Shown here: in pieces, positions 38,101 through 51,300 of the stretch | How positions within the stretch are numbered: position 1 is the stretch's first letter | How the letters are laid out: the number at the start of each line of letters is the position of its first letter | Assembly: GCF_036321535.1 (NCBI RefSeq) | Contig: NC_087436.1 | Location: forward strand, 1,984,001-2,048,000 | Source: Camelus dromedarius | Taxonomy: Eukaryota | Direction of reading: 5' to 3' | Length of the DNA: 64,000 nucleotides | Program-made: the position numbers and the translations under genes | The notes under the pieces: generated by a model | Told to the model about the DNA's origin: nothing | The model's database searches: none | What the model saw: only the letters and a program-made list of their open reading frames with translations

Positions 38101-39063
38101 CCAAACAAGCTAGGTGAAGGACGTCTTTCACACACACTTATCTCTCAGAAATGAGCATGTGGAGAGACGTTCGTTCATCTAGCACAAAGGGAACGGGTTT
38201 CAGGAGAAACTTTTACTCTGGTTTCTCAGTCTGTTTCCTAGTGCCGGTTTGAAGTTCCTGCAGTTTTCACTGTAAAACCGAGTTGGAGCTAGTACCTCCC
38301 AATATATATTTATGGAGTGGAGTTTGCAACTGAAAAGAAACTTTGTGTTCCAAAAAAGCTAGGTGAAGGACGGCTTTCACACACACTTATCTCTCAGAAC
38401 TGAGCATGTGGAGAGACGTTCGTTCACCTAGGAAAAAGGGAACGAGTTGCAGGTGTAACTTTTACTCTGGTTTCTCAGTATGTTTCCTAGTGCCATTTGG
38501 AAGTTCTTGCAGTTTTCACTGTAATACCGAGTTGGAGCTAGTACTTCCCATAAATATGTGTGAAATGGATTTTGCAACTGAAAAGAAACTTTGTGTTCCC
38601 AACAAGCTAGGTGAAGGACGGCTTTCACACACACTTATCTCTCAGAACTGAGCATGTGGAGAGACGTTCGTTTATAAAGCACAAAGGGAACGGGTTGCAG
38701 GAGAAACTTTTACTCTGTTTCTCAGTCTGTTTCCTAGTGCCGGTTTGAAGTTCCTGCAGTTTTCACTGTAAAACCGAGTTGGAGCTAGTACCTCCCCATA
38801 TATATGTATGGAGTGGAGTTTGCAACTGAAAAGAAACTTTGTGTTCCCAACAAGCTATGAGAAGGACGGCTTTTACACACAATTACACTCAGAACTGAGC
38901 ATGTGGAGAGACGTTCGTTCATAAAGCACAAAGGGAACGGGATGCAGGAGAAACTTATAGTCTGCTTCTCAGTCTGTTTCCTAGTGCCGTTTTGAAGTTC
39001 CTGCAGTTTTCATTGTAAAACCGAGTTGGAGCTAGTACCTCCCCATATATATGTATGGAATGG
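29102..39063. repeat. Near-perfect tandem duplication of a 4962-bp (20-monomer) unit
   Basis: Identical pseudo-ORFs at constant offset 4962 (31114/36076, 32224/37186, 33444/38406). Identity is bounded by mismatches at 29101/34063 and 34102/39064. One internal SNP was noticed (30262 G vs 35224 A). Confidence 0.93.
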
Positions 39064-40592
39064 AGTTTGCAACTGAAAAGTAACATTGTGTTCCCAACAA
39101 GCTAGGTGAATGACGGCTTTCACACACAATTATCTCTCAGATCTGAGCATGTGGAGAGACGTTCGTTCATCAAGCACAAAGGGAATGGGTTGCAGTAGAA
39201 ACTTTTACTATGTTTCTCAGTCTGTTTCCTAGTGCTGGTTTGAAGTTCCTGCAGTTTTCACTGTAAAACCGAGTTGGAGCTTTTACCTCCCCATATATAT
39301 GTATGGAGTGGAGTTTGCAATTGAAAAGAAACTTTGTGTTCCAAACAAGCAAGGTGAAGGACGGCTTTCCCACACACTTATCTCTCAGTAATGAGCATGT
39401 GGAGAGACGTTCGTTTATAAAGCACAAAGGGAACGGGTTGCAGGAGAAAGTTTTACTCTGGTTTCTCAGTCTGTTTCCTAGTGCCGGTTCGAAGTTCCTG
39501 CAGTTTTCACTGTAAAATCGTTGGAGCTAGTACCTCCCCATATATACGTATGGAGTGGAGTTTGCATCTGAAAAGAAAATTTGTGTTCCCAAGGAGCTAG
39601 GTGAAGGACGGCTTTCACCCACACTTATCTCTCAGAATTGAGCATGTGGAGAGATGTTCGTTCACCTAGCAAAAAGGGAACGAGTTGCAGGAGTAACTTT
39701 TACTCTGGTTTCTCAGTCTGTTTCCTAATGCCGGTTTGAAGTTCCTGCAGTTTTCACTGTAAAACCGAGTTGGGGCTAGTACCTAGCCATATATATGTAT
39801 GGAGTGGAGTTTGCATCTGAAAAAAACTTTGTGTTCCCAACAAGCTAGGTGAAGATCGGCTTTCACACACATTTACCTCTCAGAACTGAGCATGTGGAGA
39901 GACGTTCGTTCATCTAGCACAATTGGAACGGGTTGCAGGAGAAACTTTTACTCTGGTTTCTCAATCTGTTTCCTAGTGCCGCTTTGAAGTTCCTGCAGTT
40001 TTCACTGTAAAACCGAGTTGGGGCTAGTACCTCCCCATATATATGTATGGAGTGGAGTTTGCAACTGAAAAGAAACTTGGTGTTCGCAACAAGCTAAGTG
40101 AAGGACGGCTTTCACATACAATTATCTCTCAGAACTGAGCATGTGGAGAGTCATTCGTTCATCTAGCACAAACGGAACGTGTTGCAGGAGAAACTTATAC
40201 TCTGGTTTCTCAGTCTGTTTCCTAGTGCCGGTTTGAAGTTCCTGCAGTTTTCACTGTAAAACCGATTTGGGGCTAGTACCTCCCCATATATATATATGGA
40301 GTGGAGTTTGCAACTGAAAAGAAACTTTGTGTTCCCAACAAGTTAGTTGAAGGACGGCTTCACACACACTTATCTCTCAGATCTGATCATGTGGAGAGAC
40401 GTTCGTTCATAAAGCACAAAGGGAACGGGTTGCAGGCGAAATTTTTACTCTGTTTCTCAGTCTGTTTCCTAGTGCCGTTTTGAAGTTCCAGCATTTTTCA
40501 CTGTAAAACCGAGTTGGAGCTAGTACCTCCCCATGTATATGTATGGAGTGGTGTTTGCAACTGAAAAGAAACTTTGTGTTCCCAATAAGTAT

Positions 40593-43500
40593 GTTGAAGG
40601 ACGGCTTTCACACACACTTATCTGTCAGAAATGAGCATGTGGAGAGACGTTCGTTCATCTAGCACAAAGGAAACGGGTTGCAGGAGAAACTTTTACTCTG
40701 CTTTCTCAGTCTGTTTCCTAATGCCGGTTTGATGTTACTGCAGTTTTCACTGTAAAACCGAGTTGGAGCTAGTACCTCCCCATATATATGTATGGAGTGG
40801 AGTTTGCAACTGAAAAGAAACTTTGTGTTCCCAACAAGTTAGGTGAAGGACGGCTTCACACACACTTATCTCTCAGAATTGATCATGTGGAGAGACGTTC
40901 GTTCATAAAGCACAAAGGGAACGGGATGCAGGAGAAATTATTACTCTGTTTCTCAGTCTGTTTCCCAGTGCCGGTTTGAATTTCCTGCAGTTTTCACTGT
41001 AAAACCGAGTTGGAGCTAGTAAATCCCCTTATATATGTATGGAGTGGAGTTAGCAACTGAAAAGAAACTTTGTGTTCCCAACAAGCTAGGTGAAGGGCGG
41101 CTTTCACACACAATTATCTCTCAGAACTGAGCATGTGGAGAGTCATTCGTTCATCTAGCACAAAGGTAAAGGTTTGCAGGAGAAAATTTTACTCTGGTTT
41201 CTCATTCTGTTTCCTAGTGCCGGTTTGAAGTTCATGCAGTTTTCATTGTAAAACCGAGTTGAGGCTAGAACCTACCCATATATATGTATGGAATGGAATT
41301 TGCATCTGAAAAGAAACTTTGTGTTCCCAACAAGCTAGGTGAAGGACGGCTTTCACACACACTTATTTCTCAGAACTGAGCATGTGGAGAGACGTTCGTT
41401 CATCTAGCAAAAAGGGAACGGGTTGCAGGAGAAAGTTTTTCTCTGGTTTCTCAGTCTGTTTCCTAGTGCCGGTTTGAAGTTCCTGCAGTTCCCTCTGTAA
41501 AACCGTGATGGAGCTAGTACCTCCCCATATATATGTATGGACTGGAGTTTGCAACTGAAAAGAAACTTTGTGTTCCCAACAAGCTAGGTGAAGAACGGCT
41601 TTCACACACAATTATCTCTCAGAACTGAGCATGTGGAGAGACGTTCATTCATCTAGCAAAAAGGGAACGGGTTGCAGGAGAAACCTTTACTCTGGTTTCT
41701 CAGTCTGTTTCCTAGTGCCGGTATGAAGTTCCTGCAGTTTTCACTGTAAAACCGAATTGGAGCTAGTACCTCCCCATATATATGTATGGAGTGGGGTTTG
41801 CAACTGAAAAGAATCTTTGTGTTCCCAAAAAGCTAGGTTAAGGACGGCTTTCACATACACTTATCTCTTAGAACTGAGCATGTGGAGAGACGTTCGTTCA
41901 CCTAGCAAAAATGGAACGAGTTGCAGTAGTAACTTTTACTCTAGTTTCTCAGTCTGTTTCCTAGTGCCAATTTGAAATTCTTGCAGTTTTCACTGTAAAA
42001 CCGAGTTGGAGCTAGTACCTCCCCATAAATATGTGTGGTGTGGATTTTGCAACTGAAAAGAAACATTGTGTTCCAAACAAGCTAGGTGAAGGACGGCTTT
42101 CACACCCACTTATCTCTCAGAACTGAGCATGTTTAGAGACGTTCGTTCATCTAGCACAAAGGGAACGGGTTTCAGGAGAAACATTTACTCTGGTTTCTCA
42201 GTCTGTTTCCTAGTGCCGGTTTAAAGTTCCTGCAGTTTTCACTTTAAAAACGAGTTGGGGCTAGTACCTCCCCATATATATGTATGGAGTGGAGTTTGCA
42301 ACTGAAAAGAAACTTTGTGTTCCCAACAAGCTAGGTGAACGGCGGCTTTCACATACAATTATCTCTCAGAACTGAGCATGTGGAGAGTCATTCGTTCATC
42401 TAGAAAAATGGGAACGGTTTGCAGGAGAAAGTTTTACTCTGGTTTCTCAGTCTGTTTCCTAGTACCGGTTTGAAGTTCCTGTAGTTTTCTCTGTAAAACC
42501 GAGTTGGAGCTAGTACCTCCCCATATATATTTATGGAGTGGAGTTTGCAACTGAAAAGAAACTTTGTGTTCCCAACAAGCTAGGTGAAGAGCGGCTTTCA
42601 CACACACTTATCTCTCAGAACTGAGCATGTGGAGAGAAGTTCGTTCCTCTAGCAAAAAGGGAACGGGTTGCAGGAGAAACTTTTACTCTGGTTTCTCAGT
42701 CTGTTTCCTACTGCCGGTTTGAAGTTCCTGCAGTTTTCACTGTAAAACCGAGTTGGGGCTAGTACCTACCCATATATATGTATGGAGTGGAGTTTGCATC
42801 TGAAAAGAAACTTTGTGTTCCCTACAAGCTAGGTGAAGGTCGGCTTTAACACACATTTATCTCTCAGAATTGAGCATGTGGAGAGACGTTCGTTCACCTA
42901 GCAAAAATGGAACGAGTTGCAGTAGTAACTTTTACTCTGGTTTCTCAGTCTGTTTCCTAGTGCCATTTTGAAGTTCTTGCAGTTTTCACTGTAATACCGA
43001 GTTGGATTTAGTACCTCCTCATAAATATGTGTGGAGTGGAGTTTGCAAATGAAAAGAAACTTTGTGTTCCCAACAAGCTAGGTGAAGGACGGCTTTCACA
43101 CACACTTATCTCTCAGAACTGAGCATGTGGAGATTCGTTCGTTCATCTAGCACAAAGGGAACGGGTTTCAGGGGAAACATTTACTCTGGTTTCTCAGTCT
43201 GTTTCCTAGTGCCGGTTTGAAGTTCCTGAAGTTTTCACTGTAAAACCGAGTTGGAGCTAGTACCTACCCATATATATGTATGGAGTGGAGTTTGCAAGTG
43301 AAAAGAAACTTTGTGTTCCCAACAAGCTAGTTGAAGGACGGCTTTCACACACACTTATCTCTCAGAACTGAGCATGAGGAGAGACATTCGTTCATCAAGC
43401 ACAAAGGGAACGGATTGCAGGAGAAACTTTTTCTCTGTTTCTCAGTCTGTTTCCTAGTGCCGGTTTGAAGTTCCTGCAGTTTTCATTGTAAAATCGAGTT

Positions 43501-46245
43501 GGGGTAGTACCTACCCATATATATGTATGGAATGGACTTTGCATCTGAAAAGAAACTTTGTGTTCCCAACAAGCTAGTTGAAGGACGGCTTTCACACACA
43601 CTTATCTGTCAGAAATGAGCATGTGGAGAGACGTTCGTTCATCTAGCACAAAGGAAACGGGTTGCAGGAGAAACTTTTACTCTGCTTTCTCAGTCTGTTT
43701 CCTAATGCCGGTTTGAAGTTACTGCAGTTTTCACTGTAAAACCGAGTTGGAGCTAGTACCTCCCCATATATATGTATGGAGTGGAGTTTGCAACTGAAAA
43801 GAAACTTTGTGTTCCCAACAAGTTAGGTGAAGGACGGCTTCACACACACTTATCTCTCAGAACTGATCATGTGGAGAGACGTTCGTTCATAAAGCACAAA
43901 GGGAACGGGATGCAGGAGAAATTATTACTCTGTTTCTCAGTCTGTTTCCCAGTGCCGGTTTGAATTTCCTGCAGTTTTCACTGTAAAACCGAGTTGGAGC
44001 TAGTAAATCCCCATATATATGTATGGAGTGGAGTTAGCAACTGAAAAGAAACTTTGTGTTCCCAACAAGCTAGGTGAAGGGTGGCTTTCACACACAATTA
44101 TCTCTCAGAACTGAGCATGTGGAGAGTCATTCGTTCATCTAGCACAAAGGTAAAGGTTTGCAGGAGAAAATTTTACTCTGGTTTCTCATTCTGTTTCCTA
44201 GTGCCGGTTTGAAGTTCATGCAGTTTTCATTGTAAAACCGAGTTGAGGCTAGAACCTACCCATATATATGTATGGAATGGAATTTGCATCTGAGAGAAAC
44301 TTTGTGTTCCCAACAAGCTAGGTGAAGGACGGCTTTCACACACACTTATTTCTCAGAACTGAGCATGTGGAGAGACGTTCGTTCATCTAGCAAAAAGGGA
44401 ACGGGTTACAGGAGAAAGTTTTACTCTGGTTTCTCAGTCTGTTTCCTAGTGCCGGTTTGAAGTTCCTGCAGTTCCCTCTGTAAAACCGTGTTGGAGCTAG
44501 TACCTCCCCATATATATGTATGGACTGGAGTTTGCAACTGAAAAGAAACTTTGTGTTCCCAACAAGCTAGGTGAAGAACGGCTTTCACACACACTTATCT
44601 CTCAGAACTGAGCATGTGGAGAGACGTTCATTCATCTAGCAAAAAGGGAACGGGTTGCAGGAGAAACCTTTACTCTGGTTTCTCAGTCTGTTTCCTAGTG
44701 CCGGTATGAAGTTCCTGCAGTTTTCACTGTAAAACCGAATTGGAGCTAGTACCTCCCCATATATATGTATGGAGTGGGGTTTGCAACTGAAAAGAATCTT
44801 TGTGTTCCCAAAAAGCTAGGTTAAGGACGGCTTTCACATACACTTATCTCTTAGAACTGAGCATGTGGAGAGACGTTCGTTCACCTAGCAAAAATGGAAC
44901 GAGTTGCAGTAGTAACTTTTACTCTGGTTTCTCAGTCTGTTTCCTAGTGCCAATTTGAAATTCTTGCAGTTTTCACTGTAAAACCGAGTTGGAGCTAGTA
45001 CCTCCCCATAAATATGTGTGGTGTGGATTTTGCAACTGAAAAGAAACATTGTGTTCCAAACAAGCTAGGTGAAGGACGGCTTTCACACCCACTTATCTCT
45101 CAGAACTGAGCATGTTTAGAGACGTTCGTTCATCTAGCACAAAGGGAACGGGTTTCAGGAGAAACATTTACTCTGGTTTCTCAGTCTGTTTCCTAGTGCC
45201 GGTTTAAAGTTCCTGCAGTTTTCACTTTAAAAACGAGTTGGGGCTAGTACCTCCCCATATATATGTATGGAGTGGAGTTTGCAACTGAAAAGAAACTTTG
45301 TGTTCCCAACAAGCTAGGTGAAAGGCGGCTTTCACATACAATTATCTCTCAGAACTGAGCATGTGGAGAGTCATTCGTTCATCTAGCAAAATGGGAACGG
45401 TTTGCAGGAGAAAGTTTTACTCTGGTTTCTCAGTCTGTTTCCTAGTACCGGTTTGAAGTTCCTGTAGTTTTCTCTGTAAAACCGAGTTGGAGCTAGTACC
45501 TCCCCATATATATTTATGGAGTGGAGTTTGCAACTGAAAAGAAACTTTGTGTTCCCAACAAGCTAGGTGAAGAGCGGCTTTCACACACACTTATCTCTCA
45601 GAACTGAGCATGTGGAGAGAAGTTCGTTCATCTAGCACAAAGGGAACGGGTTTCAGGAGAAACATTTACTCTGGTTTCTCAGTCTGTTTCCTAGTGCCGG
45701 TTTAAAGTTCCTGCAGTTTTCACTTTAAAAACGAGTTGGGGCTAGTACCTCCCCATATATATGTATGGAGTGGAGTTTGCAACTGAAAAGAAACTTTGTG
45801 TTCCCAACAAGCTAGGTGAAAGGCGGCTTTCACATACAATTATCTCTCAGAACTGAGCATGTGGAGAGTCATTCGTTCATCTAGCAAAATGGGAACGGTT
45901 TGCAGGAGAAAGTTTTACTCTGGTTTCTCAGTCTGTTTCCTAGTACCGGTTTGAAGTTCCTGTAGTTTTCTCTGTAAAACCGAGTTGGAGCTAGTACCTC
46001 CCCATATATATTTATGGAGTGGAGTTTGCAACTGAAAAGAAACTTTGTGTTCCCAACAAGCTAGGTGAAGAGCGGCTTTCACACACACTTATCTCTCAGA
46101 ACTGAGCATGTGGAGAGAAGTTCGTTCATCTAGCAAAAAGGGAACGGGTTGCAGGAGAAACTTTTACTCTGGTTTCTCAGTCTGTTTCCTACTGCCGGTT
46201 TGAAGTTCCTGCAGTTTTCACTGTAAAACCGAGTTGGGGCTAGTA
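40593..46245. repeat. Tandem duplication at 2984-bp (12-monomer) offset; second copy partial and carrying an extra dimer
   Basis: TCTGTCAGAAATG at 40621 and 43605; pseudo-ORFs 40788/43772. Shared variants include TAGTAAATCCC, GTTAGCAAC, GTTGAGGCTAGAA, GTTCCCTCTG and GGTTAAGG. Confidence 0.88.
45124..46135. repeat. Tandem duplication of a 498-bp monomer dimer
   Basis: GTTCGTTCATCTAGCACAAAGGGAACGGGTTTCAGG at 45124 and 45622. Both copies carry CACTTTAAAAACG, GAAAGGCGG, AAAATGGGAAC, CCTGTAG and GAAGAGCGG. First mismatch at 45638/46136. Confidence 0.92.
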
Positions 46246-48349
46246 CATCCCCATATATATGTATGGAGGGGAATTTGCAACTGAAAAGAAACTTTGTGTT
46301 CCCAACAAGCTAGTTGAAGTACGGCATTCACACACATTTATCTCTCAGAAATGAGCATGTGGAGAGACGTTCGTTCATCTAGCAAAAAGGGAACGGGTTG
46401 CAGGAGAAACTTTTACTCTTTTTTCTCAGTCTGTTTCCTAGTGCCGGTATGAAGATCCTACAGTTTTCACTGTAAAACTGAGTTGGAGCTAGTACCACCC
46501 CATATATATGTATGGAGTGGACTTTGCAACAGAAAAGAAATTTTGTGTTCCCAAATAGCTAGGTGAAGGACGGCTTTCACACACACTTATCTCTCAGAAC
46601 TGAGCATGTGGAGAGACGTTCGTTCACCTAGCAAAAATTGAACGAGTTGCAGTAGTAACTTTTACTCTGGCTTCTCAGTCTGTTTCCTAGTGCCATTTTG
46701 AAGATCTTGCAGTTTTCACTGTAATACCGAGTTGGAGCGAGTACCTCCCCATAAATATGTGTGGACTGGATTTTGCAACTGAAAAGAGACTTTGTTTTCC
46801 CAACAAGCTAGTTGAAGTACGGCTTTCACACACACTTATCTCTCAGAACTGAGCATGTGGAGAGTCGTTCTTTCATCTAACACAAAAGGAACGGGTTTCA
46901 GGAGAAACATTTACTCTGTTTTCTCAGTCTGTTTCCTAGTGCCGGTTTTAAGTTCCTGAAGTTTTCACTGTAAAACCGAGTTGGTGCTGGTACCTACCCA
47001 TATATATGTATGGAGTGGAGTTTGCAACTGAAAAGAAACTTTGTGTTCCCAACAAGCTAGGTGAAGGACGGCTTTCACACACACTTATCTCTCAGAACTG
47101 AGCATGTGGAGAGACGTTCGTTCATCAAGCACAGATGGAACGGGTTGCAGGATAAATTTTACTCTGGTTTCTCAGACTGTTTCCTAGTGCCGGTATGAAG
47201 TTCAAGCAGTTTTCACTGTAAAACCGAGTTGGAGATAGTACCTACCCATATATATGTATGGAGTGGAGTTTGCAACTGAAAAGAAACTTTGTGTTCCCAA
47301 CAAGCTAGGTGAAGTACGGCTTTCACACACACTTATCTCTCAGAAATGAGCATGTGGAGAGACGTTCGTTCACCTAGCAAAAATTGAACGAGTTGCAGTA
47401 GTAACTTTTACTCTGGCTTCTCAGTCTGTTTCCTAGTGCCATTTTGAAGATCTTGCAGTTTTCACTGTAATACCGAGTTGGAGCTTGTACCTACCCATAA
47501 ATATGTGTGGACTGGATTTTGCAAATGAAAAGAAACTTTGTGTTCCCAACAATCTAGGTGAAGGACGGCTTTCACACACATATATCTCACAGAACTGAGC
47601 ATGTGGAGAGACGTTCGTTCATCTAGCAAAAAGGGAACGGGTTGCAGGAGAAAGTTTTACTCTGGTTTCTCAGTCTGTTTCCTAGTGCCGGTTTGAAGTT
47701 CCTGCAGTTTTCTCTGTAAAACCGAGTTGGAGCTAGTACCTCCCCATATATATGTAAGGAGTGGAGTTTGCAACTGAAAAGAAACTTTGTGTTCCCAACA
47801 AGCTAGTTGAAGGACGGCTTTCACACACAGTTATCTCTCAGAAATGAGCATGTGGAGAGACGTTCGTTCATCTAGCACAAAGGGAGCGGTTTTCAGGAGA
47901 AACATTTACTCTGGTTTCTCAGTCTGTTTCCTAGTGCCGGTTTGATGTTCCTGCAGTTTACAGTGTAAAATCGAGTTGGAGCTAGTACCTCCCCATATAT
48001 ATATATGGAGTGAAGTTTGCAACTGAAAAGATACTTTGTGTTCCCAACAACCTAGGTGAAGGACGGCTTTCAGACACAATTATCTCTCAGAATTGAGCAT
48101 GTGGAGAGTCATTCGTTCATCTAGCACAAACGGAACGATTTGCAGGAGAAACTTTTACTCTGTATTCTCAGTCTGTTTCCTAGTGCCGGTTTGAAGTTCC
48201 TGCAGTTTTCACTGTAAAACCGAGTTGGAGCTAGTACCAACCCATATATATGTATGGAGTGGAGTTGGCAACTGAAAAGAAACTTTGTGTTCCCAACAAG
48301 CTAGGTGAAGGACGGCTTTCACACACACTTATCTCTCAGAACTGAGCAT

Positions 48350-51300
48350 GTGGAGAGACTTTCGTTCACCTAGGAAAAAGGGAACGAGTTGCAGGAGTAA
48401 CATTTACTCTGGTTTCTCAATATGTTTCCTAGTGCCATTTTGAAATTCCTGCAGTTTTCACTGTAAAAACGAGTTGGCGGTAGGAGCTCCCCATATATAT
48501 GTATGGAGTGGAGTTTGCAACTGAAAAAAACTTTTTGTTCCCAAAAAGCGAGGTGAAAGACAGCTTTCACACACACTTTTCTCTGAGAACTGAGCATGTG
48601 GAGAGACGTTCGTTCATCTAGCACAAAGGGAACGGGTTGCAGGAGAAACTTTTACTCTGGTTTCTCAGTCTGTTTCCTAGTGCCGGTTTGAAGTTCCTGC
48701 AGTTTTCACTGTAAAACCGAGTTGGACCTAGGAGCTCCCCATATATATGTATGGAGTGGGGTTTGCAACTGAAAAGAAACTTTGTGTTCACAAGAAGCTA
48801 TGTGATGTACGGCTTTCACACACACTTATCTCTCAGAACTGAGCATGTGGAGAGACGTTCGTTCATCTAGCACAAAGGGAACTGGTTGCAGGAGAAACTT
48901 TTCTCTGGTTTCTCAGTCTGTTTCCTATTGCCGGTTTGAAGTTCCTGCAGTTTTCACTGTAAAACTGATTTAGAGCTAGTTCCTCCCCATAAATATGTAT
49001 GGAGTGGAGTTTGCAACTGAAAAGAAACTTTATGTTCCCAACAAGCTTGGTGAAAGACGGCTTTCATACACACTTATCTTTCAGAACTGAGCATGTTGAG
49101 AGAAGTTCGTTTATCAAGCACTAAGGGAACGGGTTGCAGTAGAAACATTTACTCTGGATTCTTAGTCTGTTTCCTAGTGCCGGTTTGATGTTCCTGCAGT
49201 TTTCACTGTAAAACCGAGTTGGAGCTAGTACCTCCAAGTATATATTTATGGAGTGGAGTTTGCAACTGAAAAATAACTTTGTGTTACCAACAAGCTAGGT
49301 GAAGGACTGCTTTCAAACACACTTAACTCTCAGAACTGAGCATGTGGAGAGACGTTCGTTCATCAAGCACAAAGGGAACGTTTGCAGGAGAAACTTTTAC
49401 TCTGGTTTCTCAGTCTGTTTCCTAGTGCCGATTTGAAGTTCCTGCTGTTTTCACTGTAAAACCGAGTTGGAGCTATTAGCTCCCCATATATATGTATGGA
49501 GTGGAGTTTGCAACTGAAAAGAAATTTTGTGTTCCCAACAAGTTAGGTGAAGGACGTCTTTCACACACACTTATCTCTCAGATCTGAGCATGTGGAGAGA
49601 CGTTCGTTCATCTAGCAGAAAGGGAACGTGTTGCAGGAGAAACTTTTACTCTGGTTTCTCAGTCTGTTTCCTAGTGCCGGTTTGAAGTTCCTTCAGTTTT
49701 CACTGTAAAACCGAGTTGACGGTAGGAGCACCCCATATATATGTATGGAGTGGAGTTTGCAACTTAAAAGAAACTTTGTTTTCCCAAAAATCTAGGTGAA
49801 CGGCGGCATTCACACACACTTATCTCTCAGAAATGAGCATGTGGAGAGACGTTCGTTCATCTAGCACAAAGGGAACGTGTTGCAGGAGAAACTTTTACTC
49901 TGGTTTCTCAGTCTGTTTCCTAGTGCCGGTTTGAATTTCCTGCATTTTTCACTGAAAAACCGATTTGGGCTAGTACCTACCCATAAATATGTATGGAGTG
50001 GAGTTTGCAACTGAAAAGAAACTTTGTGTTCCCAACAAGCTAGGTGAAGTACAGCTTTCACACACACTTATCTCTCAGAACTGAGCATGTGGAGAGACGT
50101 TCGTTCATCTAGCACAAAGGGAACGGTTTGCAGGAGAAACTTTTACTCAGGTTTCTCAGTCTGATTCCTAGTGCTGGTTTGAAGTTCCGGCAGTTTTCAC
50201 TGTAAAACCGAGTTGGACCGAGGAGCTCCCCATATATATGTATGGAGTGGAGTTTGCAAGTGAAAAGAAACTTTGTGTTCCCAAGAAGCTATGTGAAGTA
50301 CGGCTTTCACACACACTTATCTCTCAGAACTGAGCATGTGGAGAGACGTTCGTTCATCTAGCAGAAAGGGAACGGGTTGCAGGAGAAACTTTTACTCTGG
50401 TTTCTCAGTCTGCTTCCTAGTGCCGGTTTGAAGTTCCTGCAGTTTTCACTGTAAAACCGAGTTGGAGCTAGTACTTCCCATATATATGTATGGATTGGAG
50501 TTTGCAAGTGAAAGGAAATTTTGTGTTCCCAACAAGCTATATGAAGGACGGCTTTCACACACTCATAACTCTCAGAACTGAACATGTGGAGAGACGTTCG
50601 ATCATCTAGCACAAACGGAACGGGTTGCAGGAGAAAGTTTTACTCTGGTTTCTCAGTCTGTTTCCTAGTGCCGGTTTGATGTTCCTGCAGTTTTCACTGT
50701 AGAACAGAGTTGGGGCTAGTACCTACCCATATATATGTATGGAGTGGAGTTTTCAACTGAAAAGAAACTTTGTGTTCCGAACAAGCTAGGTGAAGGACGG
50801 CTTTCACACACACTTATCTCTCAGAACTGAGCATGTGGAGAGAGTTTCGTTCATCTAGCACAAAGGGAACGGTTTGCAGAAGAAACTTTTACTCTGGATT
50901 CTCAGTCTATTTCCTAGTGCCGGTTTGAAGTTCCTGCAGATTTCACTGTGAAACAGAGTTGGAGCTAGTACCTTCCCGTATATATGTATGGATTGGTGTT
51001 TGCAAATAAAAGAAACTTTGTGTTCCCAACAAGCTAGGTGAAGGACGGCTTTCACACACAATTATCTCTCAGAACTGAGCATGTGGAGAGACGTTCGTTC
51101 ATCTAGCACAAAGGGAACGGGTTGCAAAAGAAACTTTTACTCTGTTTTCTCAGTCTGTTTCCTAGTGCCTGTTTGAAGTTCCTGCAGTTTGCACAGTAAA
51201 CCGAGTTGGAGCTAGTAACTCCCCATATATATGTATGGATTGGTGTTTGCAAGTGAAAGGAAACTTTGTATTCCCAACAAGCTACGTGAAGGAAGGCTTT

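Larger units (their letters stand above)
1..48350. repeat. Higher-order-repeat (HOR) mosaic domain of the satellite
   Basis: A limited set of monomer variants with multi-SNP signatures recurs in conserved order. Identical or near-identical pseudo-ORFs recur at offsets 2484/2485, 2733, 2984, 4962, 7450, 10925 and 12667 bp, all close to integer multiples of ~248.4. Confidence 0.9.

Noticed and set aside
2215..45640. A single recombination hotspot position within the monomer
   Set aside because: Junctions fall at several different monomer positions (near CCTAGTGCC, near GAGACGTTCG, near CCATATAT) and can only be bracketed between diagnostic SNPs, so clustering cannot be claimed by eye.
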